Notes under the pieces: model-generated
What the model saw: the letters and a program-made list of their open reading frames with translations, nothing else
What the model was told of the DNA's origin: nothing
Databases searched by the model: none
DNA from: a virus
Taxonomy: Duplodnaviria; Caudoviricetes
IMG/VR virus record: IMGVR_UViG_3300048507_001022
Span: 1-61,690 of that record
Strand: one strand, 5' to 3'
DNA length: 61,690 nt
Made by a program: the position numbers and the translations under genes
Shown here: positions 1 through 9,578 of the stretch, one piece after another
Layout of the letters: every line of letters starts with the position of its first letter
Position numbering within the stretch: the stretch's first letter is position 1

Positions 1-266
1 CCTGTAACAGGTATAACATCTCCATTTTCATCGTACTCGAAAGCTTCGGATAATTCATATCTATTTGTGATGAAAGAAGTCTTTAATTCTTTAAGTTCAG
101 ACGAAATATCTATACCGTCAATAAAAACCCCGCTTGTGATATTAAACGTTGGGGCATTAATTTCATTCTCATTAATAGTAACTAGCGGATTATTTATATC
201 ATCGCCAATTATATATGTGTTTGTACCTATCCTGCGGATTGGCCTTTTAATTTCAAAAAATTCCAT
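1..266 (-). CDS. hypothetical protein, probably virion-associated (partial, runs off window)
   Basis: Not in ORF track. ATG at 266, 2 nt after the stop of 269..1270; open to the edge (MEFFEIKRPIRRIGTNTYIIGDDINNPLV...). Confidence 0.7.
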   Translation of the reverse strand, partial: MEFFEIKRPIRRIGTNTYIIGDDINNPLVTINENEINAPTFNITSGVFIDGIDISSELKELKTSFITNRYELSEAFEYDENGDVIPVT

Positions 267-268
267 AA

Positions 269-1270
269 CTAATAAGTGTTAACGTCGCTTAATCCTGTTA
301 CTTTATATGTTAGTGAGTATTTTGCGGTATATCCTGATATTGTGTGTGGCCTTTTTATAAAAATTCGCTTTGCTTCATCACTATTAATTCTAACAGCTGT
401 ATCTGGGAATAAATATAATAAATTATTATTTTCTTGATTATATGTTTGATCTTCGTCAAAAGTTTTATCTATAGTGTGAAATTGTAATGCATATGGTGAT
501 TCATTATATATTTGCACTTCATTAACTAAGCCTAATTCATATAATTCTGTAAAATCTTTTAATTCATAAGAATTTATAGCGCTAGCTCTAGGATTCTCCT
601 GCCTTAAGGCGTACAAAGTATCTGAGTGAAAGGTAGCAAAACTTTCAACACATCTACCTGTGTCTATATATTCTGCATGCAGGAAGTAGTCTGGATGACC
701 TGTTTCTGGGGAGTGACCATTTAATCTTGCATTTTGAAAATAATTTCCATTTACTTCATCCATAATACTGATATTTTGACCATAGCATTTTTCATACGGC
801 TCTCCATATCTTATATTATCAGGTATATCTTCCATTAATATAAAATCTTCTTCTATCTTTTGGTTTACGGTTTTAGAACGCAACTTCCAAGGTTGCATAT
901 CTGCTCTGTCAACATTAACCGTATCACTTTCTTGAGATTCAAGTAATCCAGATATTCCTGATAATATCTCATGCGTTCTTACATCTTCCGTGGAAAGCCC
1001 TGATAATAAACTATTTGTTCCAGATAATAATTCATGGGTTTTTACATCTTCCGATGAAATCCCTGATAAGCCTTCGAGGGATAAACCTGAAACTCCATCT
1101 AAAGATAAGCCAGATAAGCTACTAAGATCTACTGATATTTGACCCGCAGGCTCCCACCTACCGCTCTCTTTATTCCAATTGTAAGAAAAGGTTGGTTGCG
1201 GCGATAAGTGGTCAAGCTTGGTAATATCCGTGTATAACGGATTATTCTTATAATCTCCTGGGTTAGACAT
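269..1270 (-). CDS. hypothetical protein, probably structural, with LSG-rich repeats
   Basis: 333-aa ORF; repeats LSGLSLDGVSGLSLEGLSG and two EDV(K/R)THE(L/I)LSG; preceded by GTGTAAT motif. Confidence 0.6.
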   Translation of the reverse strand: MSNPGDYKNNPLYTDITKLDHLSPQPTFSYNWNKESGRWEPAGQISVDLSSLSGLSLDGVSGLSLEGLSGISSEDVKTHELLSGTNSLLSGLSTEDVRTHEILSGISGLLESQESDTVNVDRADMQPWKLRSKTVNQKIEEDFILMEDIPDNIRYGEPYEKCYGQNISIMDEVNGNYFQNARLNGHSPETGHPDYFLHAEYIDTGRCVESFATFHSDTLYALRQENPRASAINSYELKDFTELYELGLVNEVQIYNESPYALQFHTIDKTFDEDQTYNQENNNLLYLFPDTAVRINSDEAKRIFIKRPHTISGYTAKYSLTYKVTGLSDVNTY

Positions 1271-1280
1271 GTCAGGAGAT

Positions 1281-1287
1281 ATTACAC
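1281..1287 (-). promoter_or_regulatory. GTGTAAT putative late-promoter motif
   Basis: GTGTAATATCTCCTGAC-ATG; same motif upstream of several structural genes. Confidence 0.55.
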
Positions 1288-1293
1288 TTTTTT

Positions 1294-1638
1294 TTAACCT
1301 TTATCTAAGGGATGCTTGATGCCCCTTCTTTTTTTGCTATATTCTTTGAAATATTTCTGCTGAACTGGATCGTAACCAAGTTTATCTTTTCTTTTTTGAC
1401 TTAATTCTTTACTTTGGTCAATGATGTCACCGTATGAACCTTTTTGACTTGCAGTTTTATTTATAAACGCTTTATTATCAAAAGGATCCGTACCTGAGTC
1501 TATACTTGCTTGAGGTATATCCCAAACTCTTTTCCATGTTACGCCTTTTTCATCAACATATACATGTTCATCATTCATACCTTGAATTATATCAATAGTT
1601 TCTTCTGTCTCTGGATGTTCGTATGTATATAAAGGCAT
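1294..1638 (-). CDS. FmdB-like small protein lacking the Zn-ribbon cysteines
   Basis: N-terminus MPLYTYEHPETEETIDIIQGMND resembles the MPxYxYxCxxC family start. Confidence 0.5.
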   Translation of the reverse strand: MPLYTYEHPETEETIDIIQGMNDEHVYVDEKGVTWKRVWDIPQASIDSGTDPFDNKAFINKTASQKGSYGDIIDQSKELSQKRKDKLGYDPVQQKYFKEYSKKRRGIKHPLDKG

Positions 1639-2693
1639 TATTCTAAAATGTTATTTAATGTATTTTCGTATGTAAATTTATCTTTAAGTTTTTCACCTTC
1701 ATTATTTACTGTTCTGCATTTTTGTTCTGCAGTTTCCATGGCAGAGATAAACTCTTCTTCGTCAAAAGTATATATATTTCCTTGATTAAATTCACTACCT
1801 TTATGAAAGAAGATGTTGTCGTATACAGGTTCTTTTCCGTCTGGATCTATGAGTATACAGTTATCTTTGGTTGCCCAGTCTTTATGGCTTGTACTATTTA
1901 AAACTATACTCCATTTTCCCAAACAAGATGCATTAAAAGCTGGTAGATTCCATCCTTCCGCTCCACTCATTCCTCCTAAATCAATATCTATTGAATTTAA
2001 AAAATCATTAACTTGCGCATTATGAGGTAAAAATGGTAAAAAATTAATATTTCCATATCTTTGACCTTGCAATGCTTCATTGATTAATGATTGCATTTGT
2101 TCTTTTTTAAAGAATGGATTAGAAATACAACAGGTAAGTTGATAATCAAAGTTATTTCCATATTTCTTAATCCAAGATTGGATTATTTTTTTAGTATGCT
2201 TACGCTTTTCAAATTTACCCATTAATCCAAAATGAGTCTTTCCTTGTAAATATGTCTTGTTTGTTTTGTGAAAGTCTGTATCGAATCCTAAAGGAGAAAA
2301 TCTTGAACCTTCAAATTTATCTTTTGCATAACTACTACTAAAGACAGTTTTATTTTGCAGATTACATAAATTTATTTCATTCTCTGTAGGCTCGTCTAAT
2401 TCATAAAAAGTATAAAGAGTTTGGTTTTCACTAATTCTATTTTCAGAACCATTGAGATGCCACATTTGTAATGTATGCCAATCTCTCTTAACTTTCTTGT
2501 ATCTATTTTTTATTCCGTCTTCCAGCCAAGATTTAAATTCTTTAGATTGAGGCCCGAATGAACTAACATCAACATTACCGATTGGGAAAATCGCGCAATC
2601 TATATTTTTATTAAAAATTTCTCTTAATAAATTAAATGATACATTCCCGAAGGAAAGCGGATTAATTGGTCCCTTGTATATTAAGTTTTGCAT
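1638..2693 (-). CDS. GT-B (GT4-like) glycosyltransferase
   Basis: GKFEKRKH and SGAEGWNLPAFNASCLG (EGxxLP motif; second Glu not conserved). Confidence 0.75.
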   Translation of the reverse strand: MQNLIYKGPINPLSFGNVSFNLLREIFNKNIDCAIFPIGNVDVSSFGPQSKEFKSWLEDGIKNRYKKVKRDWHTLQMWHLNGSENRISENQTLYTFYELDEPTENEINLCNLQNKTVFSSSYAKDKFEGSRFSPLGFDTDFHKTNKTYLQGKTHFGLMGKFEKRKHTKKIIQSWIKKYGNNFDYQLTCCISNPFFKKEQMQSLINEALQGQRYGNINFLPFLPHNAQVNDFLNSIDIDLGGMSGAEGWNLPAFNASCLGKWSIVLNSTSHKDWATKDNCILIDPDGKEPVYDNIFFHKGSEFNQGNIYTFDEEEFISAMETAEQKCRTVNNEGEKLKDKFTYENTLNNILE

Positions 2694-3079
2694 TAAAATG
2701 GTATATCTGCGAATTCGTCATCTATAATATCTTCGCTATTATCTTTTTCAAAATTATCCTCTTGATTGTTTTGTTTGTCGTCTGATTTTTGTAAAAAAGT
2801 AACTCTATCTGCGATACAGTATAATTTACTTCTGTTTTCCCCTGATTGAGATTTCCAAGTGTTTAATTGCAGCCTACCTTCAATTAATGTTTGACGACCT
2901 TTCTTTAAAAATCTTTGACAGTTTTGAGCAACCTTTTCCCAAGATTCGACATCAAGGTATGTTACTGTATTATTTTGATTATTGATCGCAAGAGAAAAGC
3001 TACAAACAGTCTTTCCGCTTTTGGTTTCTCTTGTGACTGGATCTTTGGTTAAATTTCCTAAACCTATAAATTTATTCAT
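2693..3079 (-). CDS. ssb: single-stranded DNA-binding protein
   Basis: MNKFIGLGNLTKDP, LKKGRQTLIEGRLQ, acidic tail DDEFADIPF. Confidence 0.95.
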   Translation of the reverse strand: MNKFIGLGNLTKDPVTRETKSGKTVCSFSLAINNQNNTVTYLDVESWEKVAQNCQRFLKKGRQTLIEGRLQLNTWKSQSGENRSKLYCIADRVTFLQKSDDKQNNQEDNFEKDNSEDIIDDEFADIPF

Positions 3080-3677
3080 TATTAATTTCCTCCTTTAGTT
3101 CTTTTCTTATATCTTTTAATGCTGAGTTGTGAATGTTAATGCAACCTTGTATACTTAAATTTAATTTGTTACCTATATTTTTCCATGGAGTAACTTTATT
3201 AAAAGAACATGTTATGTATCTCATTTTGAAAATCTCTTCAACTCGATTATCGGGATGAGTTTCAATGATAGATAATACTTTATTGAATAGATCTTCTTTA
3301 ATACTTTCGGATATAAAATCTATGGATTGATGTTCTTCTTCTGGCATATTTTCTAGATAATCGTTATGAAATACAGGTCTACGTTTATTCTTGTTGTATA
3401 AGTTTAAGCACATCCACTTTGTTTCATTACCAAGATAAGTACTAAATTTCGCACCTTTGGTTTCGTCATACTTTAGTATTGCTTGATAGATTTTGTAATC
3501 TTTATCGCTTATCAATTCATCTTGATTTATATAAGGGTTATCTTTACTTGAAAATGCATTTACCATATCAAGGTAAATTCCACTGTGGCGGTTAATGATT
3601 TCTTGAAGATTACAATCTACATTGATACCTTCTTGTATTTCATTAATTAAGGTTTTATCTTCAATATTTTCTATCAT
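3072..3677 (-). CDS. sigma70-family RNA polymerase sigma factor
   Basis: Region 2 (AILKYDETKGAKFSTYL) and region 4 HTH (IFKMRY...WKNIGNKLNLS...IHNSALKDIR). Confidence 0.85.
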   Translation of the reverse strand: MIENIEDKTLINEIQEGINVDCNLQEIINRHSGIYLDMVNAFSSKDNPYINQDELISDKDYKIYQAILKYDETKGAKFSTYLGNETKWMCLNLYNKNKRRPVFHNDYLENMPEEEHQSIDFISESIKEDLFNKVLSIIETHPDNRVEEIFKMRYITCSFNKVTPWKNIGNKLNLSIQGCINIHNSALKDIRKELKEEINNE

Positions 3678-4219
3678 AGTATTTGCTCTAGGATATTATT
3701 GGCTATTTTCTTAATTTCAACATTATTCAAATTACTGAAATCTCCCCATGATAGTTCATGCTTACATTCTTTTCTTGTAATCGGATCATTTTTTAATTCT
3801 TCTTCATTAGGTGCTTCGTTTCCTATTCTATTAATATAAACAGAGGATCCTCCTTGGTTATGTATCCATTGAACTTCATTTAGGTATCTTGCGTCGGTTA
3901 TAAAAACATACTCCGATTCTGTATCTCGAGATATTAATTGCCCTATTTTCTTTACCCAACAATCAGGATCAAGCTTTCTCCTTACTTCAGATCCGTATGT
4001 GACAAGAAATGGTCTGATTATTTTTTTCTCAGAATCATTTTCGGTAAAAGATGAAATACCTATATTTGTTTTTAAGAAATCATCGCACTCTTGTTTTAGT
4101 GCGTCCGCGAATGCATATCTTTTACATTTTATTTTTCTTAACCCCAATTCTTCTTTACATAGTTCAAAAAAAGAATCCTTACCTGCTCGTGCTAATCCTG
4201 ATATTCCTATTACTTTCAT
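3674..4219 (-). CDS. deoxynucleoside monophosphate kinase
   Basis: IGISGLARAGKDS P-loop, AFADALK, ITDARYLNE. Confidence 0.88.
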   Translation of the reverse strand: MKVIGISGLARAGKDSFFELCKEELGLRKIKCKRYAFADALKQECDDFLKTNIGISSFTENDSEKKIIRPFLVTYGSEVRRKLDPDCWVKKIGQLISRDTESEYVFITDARYLNEVQWIHNQGGSSVYINRIGNEAPNEEELKNDPITRKECKHELSWGDFSNLNNVEIKKIANNILEQIL

Positions 4220-4221
4220 AA

Positions 4222-4524
4222 TTAAGCGCCAAATAATTGTTTTACATTAGCTGATAATTCATGCTCTCCTGCATTTGCTAACATTCTTGATACAGAATGA
4301 TAGGAAACAATTTCATCCTCACTATAATCCTCTGAATAAACATCAGGTTTTAATTCTTCGGAAATTATTACAGAAGAAAGCTTTAAACTTTTTCCTTGGC
4401 TTGACAACATTTTTGATAGAGAAATTGTGCATGCTTCCTCGGGCCCTACTGCCTCTACTACAGTAGACCAATCAGAACACTTTACTAGAAAACATTTCTT
4501 TTCAGTTAGATCTATAAATTCCAT
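4222..4524 (-). CDS. hypothetical protein (start revised from 4560)
   Basis: The track's TTG start is the -35 box; ATG at 4524 lies 7 nt after the -10. Confidence 0.6.
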   Translation of the reverse strand: MEFIDLTEKKCFLVKCSDWSTVVEAVGPEEACTISLSKMLSSQGKSLKLSSVIISEELKPDVYSEDYSEDEIVSYHSVSRMLANAGEHELSANVKQLFGA

Positions 4525-4531
4525 ACTCACA

Positions 4532-4560
4532 ATCCTATCATTATTTTCACCAATTGTCAA
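4532..4560 (-). promoter_or_regulatory. sigma70-type promoter, leaderless
   Basis: TTGACA-17 nt-TAGGAT with extended TG, then 7 nt, then ATG. Confidence 0.8.
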
Positions 4561-4663
4561 ATCTTATTTATTATTTATATAAAATAAAAATATATTATTA
4601 AACCTTATCTATTAACATTGTACAATTTTTCGTACGTACCACGTTTAAAAAATTAAATGATGC

Positions 4664-4691
4664 TTGACATTTCTCTTGTTTATGATAATAT
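4664..4691 (+). promoter_or_regulatory. sigma70-type promoter, leaderless
   Basis: TTGACA-16 nt-TAATAT with extended TG, then 7 nt, then ATG 4699. Confidence 0.7.
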
Positions 4692-4698
4692 TTATCGA

Positions 4699-5010
4699 AT
4701 GAAGAAGTTTATTCAAATTCCCACTGCTGTTCAAGATGATGTTATTAATGGAAAATTAATTGGCAATGATCTTGTAGTTTACAATTATCTCGTATCCAAA
4801 GCTGGACACGGCAAGCCTATCTTTTTTTCAAACGAGAGGATAGGCCTAGATCTCGGAGGCATGTCGTATGGTAAGATCTCTGCGAGCTTAAACAGATTAG
4901 CTAAAGCAAGACATTTAAAGAGAAGAAAAACCTGCAATAAGACATCAACACAATTAACAACTCTAGTGGTAGATAGGAGTAATATTATGATTCGAGGAGA
5001 AAAGGAATGA
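4699..5010 (+). CDS. winged helix-turn-helix DNA-binding protein (start revised from 4657)
   Basis: LVVYNYL...FFSNERIGLDLGGMSYGKISASLNRLAKARHLKR, typical of phage wHTH domains. Confidence 0.65.
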   Translation: MKKFIQIPTAVQDDVINGKLIGNDLVVYNYLVSKAGHGKPIFFSNERIGLDLGGMSYGKISASLNRLAKARHLKRRKTCNKTSTQLTTLVVDRSNIMIRGEKE

Positions 5011-5960
5011 AGATATCGGTTAGAATGGAGGGCGGCCTAGGGGATCATTTTGCCGCCAATAGATTTATTCCAGCAATCAAGGAACTGCATCCTAATTGTG
5101 AAATAGATTTATATTCGGATACAGAAGGAAAACAAGAACAATCCAATATCCTCAAGAAATTCTGGCCGTCTTATTTTAACGATATTCATGTTATAGATAG
5201 TAAAAAGTTTAAGCAATTTAAAATAAAAAGCACTAATTTTGGCGAAGAAAATTACATAGGATCAATAAAAAATATACCAGATGAAATATATCATAAAATG
5301 ACCAAGGATTATGATAAGTTTTACGATTTACACATTGATTCTTTAGATTGGTTGAATCATGATTATGCATGGTTGAAGTATTTCAATTTCTTTTCAGCTC
5401 CAGAAAGATCGCCCGAACAAGAACAAGCAGTGCCCTTTGATAATTTTATTTTGGCGCACCTATACGCTAGAGATGACGCAGATTCCAACATGGAATCCTG
5501 GTATATCAATAAATTGCTAAAAAATATTTCCAAAGATTTTAATGTTATTGTTCTATACGACGATAATTCAAAAAAAGAGTATGAAGAATTAATCTCTCAA
5601 AGCATACCTAATCTACGTTTCACACACGCCTCATTGTCGCAAATTTTTTATTTATCAAGCAAATGTACAGCTATGTTTGGAATTGATTCAGGAATAAGAT
5701 ATATACCATATCATTTTGGAAAACCTGTCTTCACTTTTTCTAAATACTGCAAGGTTTATGGCAAAACTCAATATTCATATCTTATTAGATGGTTATTTAA
5801 TGAAAAATTTGTATTTCCATTACATTTTGAAGTTAGTTCTGCGGGAGAAATAATAAAAAACACATTAAGAAATCCTGCATATAAATTATACCCCTTCTTG
5901 CTTAATGATATAGAAAAACTTGTTGCTCAAAGAAATATAACGGAATATATATCTCAATGA
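5007..5960 (+). CDS. GT9-like (heptosyltransferase-fold) glycosyltransferase
   Basis: GGLGDHF N-terminal motif; FGIDSGIRYI C-terminal motif. Confidence 0.7.
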   Translation: MKISVRMEGGLGDHFAANRFIPAIKELHPNCEIDLYSDTEGKQEQSNILKKFWPSYFNDIHVIDSKKFKQFKIKSTNFGEENYIGSIKNIPDEIYHKMTKDYDKFYDLHIDSLDWLNHDYAWLKYFNFFSAPERSPEQEQAVPFDNFILAHLYARDDADSNMESWYINKLLKNISKDFNVIVLYDDNSKKEYEELISQSIPNLRFTHASLSQIFYLSSKCTAMFGIDSGIRYIPYHFGKPVFTFSKYCKVYGKTQYSYLIRWLFNEKFVFPLHFEVSSAGEIIKNTLRNPAYKLYPFLLNDIEKLVAQRNITEYISQ

Positions 5961-6688
5961 AAGTAGCTTTGTGCTTTAGTGGTAAACTAGGTAACTGGCA
6001 AGGTTGTTGCGACTCAATACTACAGAACATCATCGCCCCACTTAAGCCTGATATTTATTTTGCGACATGGAACACTGAAGATTATCAAAACTTCTTCAAG
6101 CAATATCGCCCCACCAAATTCATGGTTCATGATGAGAGTTGTATAAAAACATTTGATATTTTCAAACACGAAGTTGAACCAAACCCTGCATTGCTTCCTA
6201 TGTTAATAAACATGAAAGCTGTATATAAGGTGATTGAAAATCAAAAAACTAAATATGATTTAGTTATTAGATTAAGACCTGATATTCAAGTACTAGAACA
6301 AATAAAAATACATGAAATACAAGATTGTATAAAATCAAAAAGCATAAGACTACCATTCTTCGAAAGCTCAAATATATATAACCATGAAGAAGAATTAAAA
6401 AAAGAGTTTGCATTCAGCTTTGTTTACGATCAAGCCTCCCTACCCAACCAAGTTAATGATCAAATCGCTATTGGCCATCCAAGTGAAATGAAAAAATATA
6501 TGTCTTGCTTGGATAATTATGTACATGCAATCAATTTATTATGGAACGAAGGATATCCTGAATATATGATTAAAGTAAATGAATCAGTATTAACAATTGC
6601 ACTTCAATTAAAAAACTGTAAATACAAACAATTAACAGGAACTAATTCATTTAATAATATAAAAACAAAATTAATTAGACAAATTTGA
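5957..6688 (+). CDS. putative glycosyltransferase (GT-A-like)
   Basis: MKVALCFSG, DIYFATW, YDLVIRLRPD, VNDQIAIG motifs typical of glycan-locus proteins. Confidence 0.6.
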   Translation: MKVALCFSGKLGNWQGCCDSILQNIIAPLKPDIYFATWNTEDYQNFFKQYRPTKFMVHDESCIKTFDIFKHEVEPNPALLPMLINMKAVYKVIENQKTKYDLVIRLRPDIQVLEQIKIHEIQDCIKSKSIRLPFFESSNIYNHEEELKKEFAFSFVYDQASLPNQVNDQIAIGHPSEMKKYMSCLDNYVHAINLLWNEGYPEYMIKVNESVLTIALQLKNCKYKQLTGTNSFNNIKTKLIRQI

Positions 6689-6709
6689 TTTTAATTACAT
6701 TATCATATA

Positions 6710-7612
6710 ATGAAAACACCAATTGTACTTACTGCATACAATAGACCCGATTACTTCAAACAGGTATTAGATTCTGTATCAAGTCAGTGTTGGGATAGAA
6801 AAGTATATTGTGTAATAGACGGACCTAGATTTAAAGAAGATGTAGATTTAGTAAAAAAATCCTTTGAATTATCAAAACAAATCATACCTCATTGCGAAAC
6901 TGTTGTGGCCAACTCCAATCAGGGAGTAGCTAAAATAATGAAGTATGCCAGAGAATTAGTTTTTAAGGATCACGAGTTTCTAATATTAATTGAAGATGAC
7001 TCGGTACTACAACCGCATTATATTCAACAGCTAGATCTATTAATTGATAAATTTAGAGATGACGAAAGAATTGCAATGATAAATTGTTTTGGCGAACATC
7101 ATAGATCAAAAAAAACACATAAATATTCATACATCGATTATACTGGAGAACAAAATAATAGAGTCTCATTTCAAGAACAAGAAAATAACAAAGATAAATT
7201 AATTCTCATGGACCATCTGTGGGCATATGCTATGAGAAGAAGCTCTTATGAGAAAATCTTAGATATCATGGAGGGTTTCTGGGCTTTATTACCTCAGGAA
7301 TATAGAGCTCGCCCTCATTTAAAAATACTTGAATATATGTCTCAATTTGGAGTAGATCCAAATAAAATTGTATCAAGTCAAGACTCCTGCACTTCATCAG
7401 CTTTAGTCTCAAGAGGTATGATTAAAGTCTCAACATTTACAAACAATTTTGAATATATAGGAGAAATAGGAGAACATAGCAGACCTAATAATTTTAGGGA
7501 AGCTGGTTGGTGCGACCAAGATGTTTACGGTTCATATCAAGACGATTTCGCTTGGAATGAAGATGTCTTTAATGAAATTAAAACTCATGCCGAAAATAAG
7601 TATTTAAAATGA
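6710..7612 (+). CDS. GT-A glycosyltransferase (GT2/GT13-like)
   Basis: PIVLTAYNRPDY, IDGPR, ILIEDD, late YIGEIGEH motif. Confidence 0.8.
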   Translation: MKTPIVLTAYNRPDYFKQVLDSVSSQCWDRKVYCVIDGPRFKEDVDLVKKSFELSKQIIPHCETVVANSNQGVAKIMKYARELVFKDHEFLILIEDDSVLQPHYIQQLDLLIDKFRDDERIAMINCFGEHHRSKKTHKYSYIDYTGEQNNRVSFQEQENNKDKLILMDHLWAYAMRRSSYEKILDIMEGFWALLPQEYRARPHLKILEYMSQFGVDPNKIVSSQDSCTSSALVSRGMIKVSTFTNNFEYIGEIGEHSRPNNFREAGWCDQDVYGSYQDDFAWNEDVFNEIKTHAENKYLK

Positions 7613-8145
7613 ACGTACCAAATCAACCATGGATGTCTCAAGAGGAGATCAATCTCGTATTAAGTTTTTTAAAAAAAGATGATATAATGCTCGAATATGG
7701 TTGTGGAGGTAGTACCATGTTTTTTCCTAAATATGTAAAAGAATATTACAGTATTGAATCAGATAAATCTTGGGCAAATTCAGTTGAAAAAATTATGCCA
7801 AAAAACGTAAAAATGCATTGTATTCCAACCATAAGGCCCGAAGACCCAAATCAAAAACATGCAGTAAAATGGAACCAACTCTATACAACTAAAATGTATG
7901 AAGCTTACAAAGAGTACATAGAAACAGGTTCAAAAATTAATAAAAAATTTACAAAAATATTAATAGACGGAAGAGCTAGACCTCAATGCGCAAGATATAT
8001 GTATGACTTCATAGATAAAGACTGCATTATATTTATGCATGACTGGCACCCAGGGCGCACACACTACAGATCCATTCTTGAAAAATATAGAGTAATAAAA
8101 GAAACTCGCAGAGGGCAAATGATAGCAGCCTTAACTAAAATTTAA
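7609..8145 (+). CDS. class I SAM-dependent methyltransferase
   Basis: MLEYGCGGST, SIESD, ILIDGRAR, FMHD. Confidence 0.8.
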   Translation: MNVPNQPWMSQEEINLVLSFLKKDDIMLEYGCGGSTMFFPKYVKEYYSIESDKSWANSVEKIMPKNVKMHCIPTIRPEDPNQKHAVKWNQLYTTKMYEAYKEYIETGSKINKKFTKILIDGRARPQCARYMYDFIDKDCIIFMHDWHPGRTHYRSILEKYRVIKETRRGQMIAALTKI

Positions 8146-8161
8146 AACCAAACAACAATAC

Positions 8162-8755
8162 ATGAATCAAAAAAAATATACAGCCCTAGGGCCAGGACCA
8201 ACCATAGCAAAAGCCTTACGAAGGAAAAGTTTAGATCTATGCATGGAAATAGGGGTATTCGAAGGGGCTACCTCAAACCTAATAGCTAGACACCTATCAA
8301 AGGAAGGGAAATTGATTTGCATAGACCCACTAGAGGATAAATATATAACCACAGACATAAGCGAAAAAACAAAAGAATTAAACGAAACTAAATGGAAATA
8401 TTTCAGCGGCCAATATGAAAGATTTATACATAACACTAAAGACCTCATATCTTCAGGTAAAATAGAATTAATAAGGGAAACTAGCGATAACGCATTTAAA
8501 AAATTGGGTAATATAAAAAACCTAGTCGATTTCTGCTATATCGATGGAGACCATAGAACTAAAGCCGTACTCAAGGATGGAATTAATTGTCTCGCAGCCT
8601 GCAAGGTTGGCGGCATGATACTCTTCGATGATTACAAATGGGGAAAAGGAGACTTCGATTGCGGAAAAGGTATCGATATCTTTCTTAATGAGAATGAAGA
8701 TAATTTGAAAATTTTAGAAAAAAACCAACAAGTCTTGGTTCAAAAAATAAAATAA
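8162..8755 (+). CDS. class I SAM-dependent methyltransferase (Methyltransf_24-like)
   Basis: EIGVFEG, CIDP, YIDGDH, GGMILFDDY. Confidence 0.85.
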   Translation: MNQKKYTALGPGPTIAKALRRKSLDLCMEIGVFEGATSNLIARHLSKEGKLICIDPLEDKYITTDISEKTKELNETKWKYFSGQYERFIHNTKDLISSGKIELIRETSDNAFKKLGNIKNLVDFCYIDGDHRTKAVLKDGINCLAACKVGGMILFDDYKWGKGDFDCGKGIDIFLNENEDNLKILEKNQQVLVQKIK

Positions 8756-8762
8756 TATACAT

Positions 8763-9578
8763 ATGAAAATTGTAGCAGGAATACAATGTTACAACGAAGA
8801 AGACTTTATAAGGGAAACTTTATTAAGTTTATACGATTTCTGCAGTAAAATAGTTATTACAGAAGGATGCTGGTCTAGCGGAATAAAAAGCGGTAAGCCA
8901 GCAAGAAGCTTTGATAAAACAATGGATTACATAAAATCAATCCCCGATCCACTAAATAAAATTAAAGTATTCCACTATAACGGCGAATCTCAAGCTGACC
9001 ACAGAAACTTTACTCTAGAAAAATGCAAACAGTATAAGCCAGACTGGTATTTGAATGGTGATGGAGATGAAATTTTTCATGAAAACGAGTTGGACAACCT
9101 AATTGATATTTTTAATTCAAAAATAAGATCGGTCAACCCGACCCACAAGTTATTCTGGAACGGTTTAGAATTTTACGAAAAATGGAAACCTATGGGTAGA
9201 TTCTTTAACTTTACCAAGCTAGATTTAAATAAAGTAAAAGCATCAAAAATTCACTGCAACCACATAGAGTACACTAGCAACATATTCCGTAACCCAGTCA
9301 CCCCAAAAGATATCTACATTTACCACCCATCGTACAGCAAATGTATTGATAGGCAAAAATTTAAAATAGACCACAGAACAATAGATAATAAAAAAAAATT
9401 CCCCCACTACATAAAAGATAACTTAATCATAAGAGGCAATCAGGACTTAAAAACATGGCTGAGTTCACTAAAGAGACAAGAACTAGCAAAACTACCAAAG
9501 TATCTACAGAACCATTATTTATGCAAAAAAAACACACAGTTCCATAATTTAATTAACGCAACAATAACACACAATTGA
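8763..9578 (+). CDS. GT2-family glycosyltransferase
   Basis: CYNEEDFI, WYLNGDGDE (DxD), IYH. Confidence 0.75.
   Translation: MKIVAGIQCYNEEDFIRETLLSLYDFCSKIVITEGCWSSGIKSGKPARSFDKTMDYIKSIPDPLNKIKVFHYNGESQADHRNFTLEKCKQYKPDWYLNGDGDEIFHENELDNLIDIFNSKIRSVNPTHKLFWNGLEFYEKWKPMGRFFNFTKLDLNKVKASKIHCNHIEYTSNIFRNPVTPKDIYIYHPSYSKCIDRQKFKIDHRTIDNKKKFPHYIKDNLIIRGNQDLKTWLSSLKRQELAKLPKYLQNHYLCKKNTQFHNLINATITHN

Noticed and set aside
6685-6712. Additional sigma70 promoter before 6710
   Set aside because: TTGATT and the candidate -10 boxes are poorly spaced, and TATAAT overlaps the start codon
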